Part shown: positions 60,601-64,000 of the stretch, one piece after another
Numbering within the stretch: position 1 is the first letter of the stretch
Layout of the letters: each line of letters opens with the position of its first letter
DNA from: an uncultured Verrucomicrobiae bacterium
Lineage (GTDB): Bacteria > Verrucomicrobiota > Verrucomicrobiia > Chthoniobacterales > JAATET01
Length of the DNA: 64,000 bases
Reading direction: 5' to 3'
Assembly (NCBI GenBank): GCA_963719495.1
Contig: CAVRCI010000015.1
Location: 114,948-178,947, forward strand
The notes under the pieces: generated by a model
What the model was told of the DNA's origin: nothing
What the model saw: only the letters and a program-made list of their open reading frames with translations
Databases searched by the model: none
Program-made: the position numbers and the translations under genes

Positions 60601-62814
60601 TTTGCACCCCGATCAGTTGGTTGCGCGTTGCTCTCACTCGAAAAATGGTTCTATCTGCTGATGGACGGGGGCCATTCGCTAGATGAGCACATTGCGTTCA
60701 TTCTTCGAGAGAGCCGATCCATCGCGCTCGCCGGAGTCTTGATTTGTGTCGGAAAACGCAAGCCTGAGTTGTTCTTGGGGCCGTTGAGACCGCTCATCGA
60801 GGCAATCGATTTCTACATGATTGAAGAATCCAATCATCGGCGCGGGGAGGACAGTTTTTCAGTCTCGGCCTTCGACGAACGATCACCAGGAGTCATCGAA
60901 GCTTGGCGTGAGTGGGTGCAAATGCCACACCGCAAGGAGAGCATTGGCCAGCTCGCACTACAGAAATCCTTCAGCAATCCAGAATGGCGGGAAATGATTG
61001 CGGAGTGCCGCGAGAAATGGGCGCGGAGGCTGGATGCTGCGACGGACGAGAAACCCGCTCCACAATGGTTGGCGCGCATTGCATCGCAATTCGATCCCGC
61101 AAATTGGCACGCCGAGCAGGATGAAGACCGCGTGCTCATTATCTACGACCCGCCAGAAGGTTTGCCGCAGCCGACTCCTCAGGAATTGGATCGGCTAAAG
61201 CGATCAGAGCTTCTGACTTTGCTTCCGTTTCGATGTTATCAAGTTCTGAACGGCGAGATCGAATGTCCCGAGGAGCAAATGGTGGAGTGGTGGTCGCAAT
61301 TGGAGGCCGTGAGGGCGTTGCCTCAGCGGGATGACGAAGAAAGTTTCCGAGACGCGGAGGATGCGCTGTCTGGCATCGTTGCAGTCGCGGTCGTGAAACA
61401 TCGTGCATGGCTTGCCGATGATCTCTCGCGGGAAAAAGAGGCGTATTCCGTCTTAACATCTATCGGTGCCAGCCCGCCGCCCAGGTCTCCCTGGTTCTCG
61501 GAAGACGACACCATGGAATTCAAATGGGATAATTTCGCTGCGTGGGCGGTGACGACTTTGTGGTGTGAGAGCCCCGATGATCCCGTTTTGCTTCAAGCGG
61601 TCGGCGCTTTATCTCTCTGGGATCGTAGTTGCGTTGTCTCGCGGGTGATGTCCATTGCCGCGGAGCACCGCGCGATTCTTAGCGAGCGCTTCAATCAGTT
61701 GTTTGCGCACGCGATTGGCTACGCAGGCGCTCGCCATCGGGCGCGGATGGAGAAGCACGAATCTACGAAGACGTTCGACCGGGACGCTTGGGTCGTTTCG
61801 CATTTGGAAAAATTTCTTTCCGGCGCAACCGACGATCTCCCGTCTAGTTGGCAAGAGCTACCAGGTCCGGCGGGAGATCTCGGTCCTACGATCGACGAAT
61901 CGGGGAGTCATCTTGATATAGCCCAACTTCTGGCCGCTTCGGAGTGGGCGTCAGATCTATCGCTTGCTCGGGATGAGGCAGAGCGCCTTCAGTGGTCAGG
62001 CATCCAGCGACAGGTCCTGTCGTGCGCCCTGGCGCGCATCGAGCATGTGATCGGTGCGAGAACCACTCCCGACCCGTATGACAGTCAGCGAGAGTATTGG
62101 CCCTATAGCGACGAAAAGCAGTTGTTGGAACGGATCGCTGTCCTCGTGGCTCGGATGAAACTTGGCGAAGATCACCAGATGTTTTGGCAGCCGATCTTAG
62201 CCTTGGGGCGAGACGGCTGTCATTGGATAGACGCCTTCAGTAGCCACTGGCTGATCGAAGCCGCCGGACATGATGAACCGAAACCTGCCTTCCTTGATCA
62301 GTGGCTCGCAATGCTGACCTTCGCCGAACGCTCTCCAGCTTGGAAAGCCAAAGGAGTATTCATCTCATCTGGACGTGATCTTTGGGATCGTCTGCTCGGA
62401 CTCACACCGTTCTCAACGGATTTCTGGATCGAGCCGCTCGCGTTTGCGGTAGAGGCCGTCTGGCCGTTCCACCAACGTTGGCTTCGTTCTCATTCGAATG
62501 CAGACCACGATGTCCGAACCTTCATCAGATTCATCAGAAATCCCGCCGCACGCCGCTTGCGAATTGAAGGACTCGTGCTGCTCCATGAAGTGATCCCTCT
62601 GGAGGAGCGGTATTTTTGGAACGAGGAGGACATCAGAGATTCGTTTGCCGGATTCCTTCAAATCTTGCAGGAAGAGCAGTGGGCTGAGCTGGCAGCAGAT
62701 TCTACCGCGCTGGACGCATTCATGGCATTCGGGTCTAAACTCGCTTCGCTTCAGCATCCTTTGGGGCGCGAAGTGCTCAGCAAGGCCGGAAATCGTCTTG
62801 GCAAATCGACCTAA
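57634..62814 (+). CDS. Nuclease-STAND NTPase, Avs/AVAST-like
   Basis: N-term TSGEGFAVED...GWLFDDVV...CSIKS; Walker A GDSGNGKS; Walker B LVLDGLD; RFAHEL wHTH end; over 1000 aa helical C-terminus; start re-picked at MSLLPP. Confidence 0.75.
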   Translation: MSLLPPIKNTSGEGFAVEDRIVALLAAHMVAGVSWQGAGNGAIRAIQCQMRQDGWLFDDVVLRLEHNGIERKCACSIKSHAVFGKRGAPREFATALWDQWRTDSSSGFQRDTDSITLISAQHEPDTREAWFGLTDAARSMPPEMLARRCRDGLESSPIRRAAFESLVRACKSGDPADISIDTAEMLERFRLVEHDFQHAESHSATHAILLCQQVLADDSRNRATELWEALSSHSAAVRRKGGSITLPSLLSVIASRFPLKQHPHFASDWSAILAQSRRRMEILPAKIGGFHHVERLELLERVTHTADEEGVVVVLGDSGNGKSVLARQWAISGDAVWLRAGDLATNGGLRACFGLSHGISELFSNVGQPIRLVLDGLDKCFDETAFDEAALVLRSALAADCQNRWKVVLTCCPEDWERVYRELIRREVVLTGEKVNVGRLTDEELRDVCGKVPTLRLLGQRPHLHPILRWPKALDLVASYWQAGTASLPWASESDFARWFWRSIICKDEVAGIRGRVVRKLAVQLADRMAATVPLDDFSPEESEALSGLAKEGHLEVDPNRCTVRFAHELVADWARQQELVTRGDSAGKFLGSRLLSPFWHRALRFHGLDLLETDATADSWQRLYRVFSGATSGDEMAQNLLLEAPIFAARQRAVLDRLWPALEVDDGKLLKRFLRQFLQVATIPDAAILANFPDRGAEYQLELAARYRLPWWPYWIGVLSFLAAHAERVTTLAREEVADVCLLWLPLHQMMDIGMDHAGALAIVSARQVYRSGERWHAAHHRVSAEEKACQALLAAAPQCPDEVTDLALKFCGRRFPDPEEGLPGEEHYAPSRFIPDLGPVVPWPDGPQRPCARIFRNAFMDCNRSAPFLEALPEVAAEVMFAVLLNRPRANRNPHDQHYDIDEHGFTRSGLLDDSCFWISGPFLTFLRSSPSVALPAIVRLVNFATDRGAEIGEEMRPYQSVSVVVEGETHEWRGHQFSYVWHQGHVFAPRSVGCALLSLEKWFYLLMDGGHSLDEHIAFILRESRSIALAGVLICVGKRKPELFLGPLRPLIEAIDFYMIEESNHRRGEDSFSVSAFDERSPGVIEAWREWVQMPHRKESIGQLALQKSFSNPEWREMIAECREKWARRLDAATDEKPAPQWLARIASQFDPANWHAEQDEDRVLIIYDPPEGLPQPTPQELDRLKRSELLTLLPFRCYQVLNGEIECPEEQMVEWWSQLEAVRALPQRDDEESFRDAEDALSGIVAVAVVKHRAWLADDLSREKEAYSVLTSIGASPPPRSPWFSEDDTMEFKWDNFAAWAVTTLWCESPDDPVLLQAVGALSLWDRSCVVSRVMSIAAEHRAILSERFNQLFAHAIGYAGARHRARMEKHESTKTFDRDAWVVSHLEKFLSGATDDLPSSWQELPGPAGDLGPTIDESGSHLDIAQLLAASEWASDLSLARDEAERLQWSGIQRQVLSCALARIEHVIGARTTPDPYDSQREYWPYSDEKQLLERIAVLVARMKLGEDHQMFWQPILALGRDGCHWIDAFSSHWLIEAAGHDEPKPAFLDQWLAMLTFAERSPAWKAKGVFISSGRDLWDRLLGLTPFSTDFWIEPLAFAVEAVWPFHQRWLRSHSNADHDVRTFIRFIRNPAARRLRIEGLVLLHEVIPLEERYFWNEEDIRDSFAGFLQILQEEQWAELAADSTALDAFMAFGSKLASLQHPLGREVLSKAGNRLGKST

Positions 62815-62828
62815 CGCGTGACGAGCTT

Positions 62829-63179
62829 TCACCGAGACTTCTCAGCTCGACAAATCCTGGGTTTGACAACCTTTCGTAGCCCTGCTTGCTCCCAGATTGA
62901 GTCTCGGAATGACCAATCTGTCACATAGGCAATGACATGGTATGCAAGTTCATGCGTGCTCGGCTGCATGTTTTCAACAATCAGGCCGAATGCTTGAAGG
63001 AGCGAGTCTGACCCCCCGCGTTGATAGAGATCCAAAACATGCACAGCGGCTGACAGCGCACGATCATCTGTGCCGGTCAGGGGGTTCAAACAATTGGATC
63101 CAAGATTCTCGCAGAGCCATTCGCGCGCTGTGAGGCAGTTAGGTTCGGACTTGCAGGTGCTTTGAGACATCATAATCAT
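62829..63179 (-). CDS. Hypothetical protein
   Basis: Globular-looking 116-aa ORF convergent with the STAND gene; no family recognised. Confidence 0.5.
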   Translation of the reverse strand: MIMMSQSTCKSEPNCLTAREWLCENLGSNCLNPLTGTDDRALSAAVHVLDLYQRGGSDSLLQAFGLIVENMQPSTHELAYHVIAYVTDWSFRDSIWEQAGLRKVVKPRICRAEKSR

Positions 63180-64000
63180 AGGTAATCCAGTTTGGGGTGC
63201 AGTTCAGCCCCATTGCTGATTCCCGAAGTCATTTTGACGGCCGGAACATCGCCTCGATGACGCAATAGTCATCGATACCAACTCAATGGTAGTATTTCAC
63301 CTCTGCACTATTGAAAAGGGGTCAAAATCAGATTTATTTTTGAGAATAATTAACAATTGCAGTCTAATCCGGATTCCGTGTTGGGCCGCCAACCGTGAAA
63401 GCGGGGCTCTTCGCTGTTTGGAGCGGGTAGCGGTGCCAATGTTGTTATGCCCCCTGATGGGGCGACAGGCGATCCCCAACGCAACGCCCTCAATTTCAGC
63501 AGTTAAGGAGTTGCGCCGGAGATCTCCTGTCGCCGGGAAGGGGTCAGCGCTTCGCGGGCAGGTTGGATTACCCTCTCCAAACAGCGAAGAACCATCCTAT
63601 TGGAGTCCGATCGGAAGACTTTGCGACCCGGTCTCTGACAGAACACACCACTTCCGGGCCCTTGGCAGGCATTTCTTCCGACAACTGATAAATGCTATTC
63701 TGCTTGAATGATCCGTGGGACGCGACGACCGAAAAATCTATGCGTTGCAGAAACCTCGAAAAGCTCCTGCGGTTCCTCTGCCCTGCCAGCGCCGATAGAG
63801 ACGACTTTTTCAGAAAAGTTACTTCGACCCATTGTAAGAACATTTCAAATCGGATAATACATAGATGCTAAGACAAGAAATCATTTTTGTTTGATGCTCC
63901 ATAAGTCAATGGAGACTTTGGAGTCAGGATGGTCCTGCGCACTTCTCCAAAACTAAAATAAACTATGCAAACAGAAGAGCACGCAAATAACAATTGGCTA

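Larger units (their letters stand above)
48356..64000. mobile_element. tRNA-Leu-targeted integrative genomic island, right end outside window
   Basis: att fragment, adjacent integrase, visible drop in GC and codon bias, absence of host REP repeats, defence-like cargo. Confidence 0.8.

Noticed and set aside
63180..64000. Short ORFs at the right edge (63286-63711, 63568-63843, ATG at 63965)
   Set aside because: No motifs, conflicting frames, and truncated context

Overview
GC-rich bacterial chromosome segment, most likely Verrucomicrobiota (Chthoniobacter/Spartobacteria-like), inferred from a four-gene Verru_Chthon prepilin cassette at the left edge. The host part (1-48.3 kb) carries tkt, a yejA-yejB-(vapBC)-yejE ABC operon, tig-clpP-clpX and trmB. 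It also carries a tightly coupled six-gene cluster (flavin amine oxidase, O-methyltransferase, MFS exporter, YbdK-type ligase, ATP-grasp-like ligase, APC permease) and an 11-gene amine/nitrogen cluster behind a candidate sigma-54 promoter (ABC importer, creatininase-family, Cache-LuxR regulator, two GlnT-like ligases, Rieske oxygenase). A histone H1-like gene, a patch of toxin-antitoxin and IS debris, and at least six families of REP-like or heptamer repeats are also present. From 48.36 kb to the right edge lies a lower-GC island bounded by the 3' half of tRNA-Leu(TAG). It has an integrase, then an ATGA-coupled operon encoding an excisionase-like protein, an RHH-like protein and two large tyrosine-recombinase-fold proteins, one of which has no visible catalytic Tyr. 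Directly after this operon is a helically phased array of three 54-bp units of TCAG/CTGA motifs, followed by likely defence cargo (a DUF4365 nuclease-like protein and a nuclease-STAND NTPase). The recombinase pair plus the phased array is the best candidate for an undescribed system. All calls come from motif recognition by eye, no searches were run, and several start codons were re-picked relative to the ORF track.
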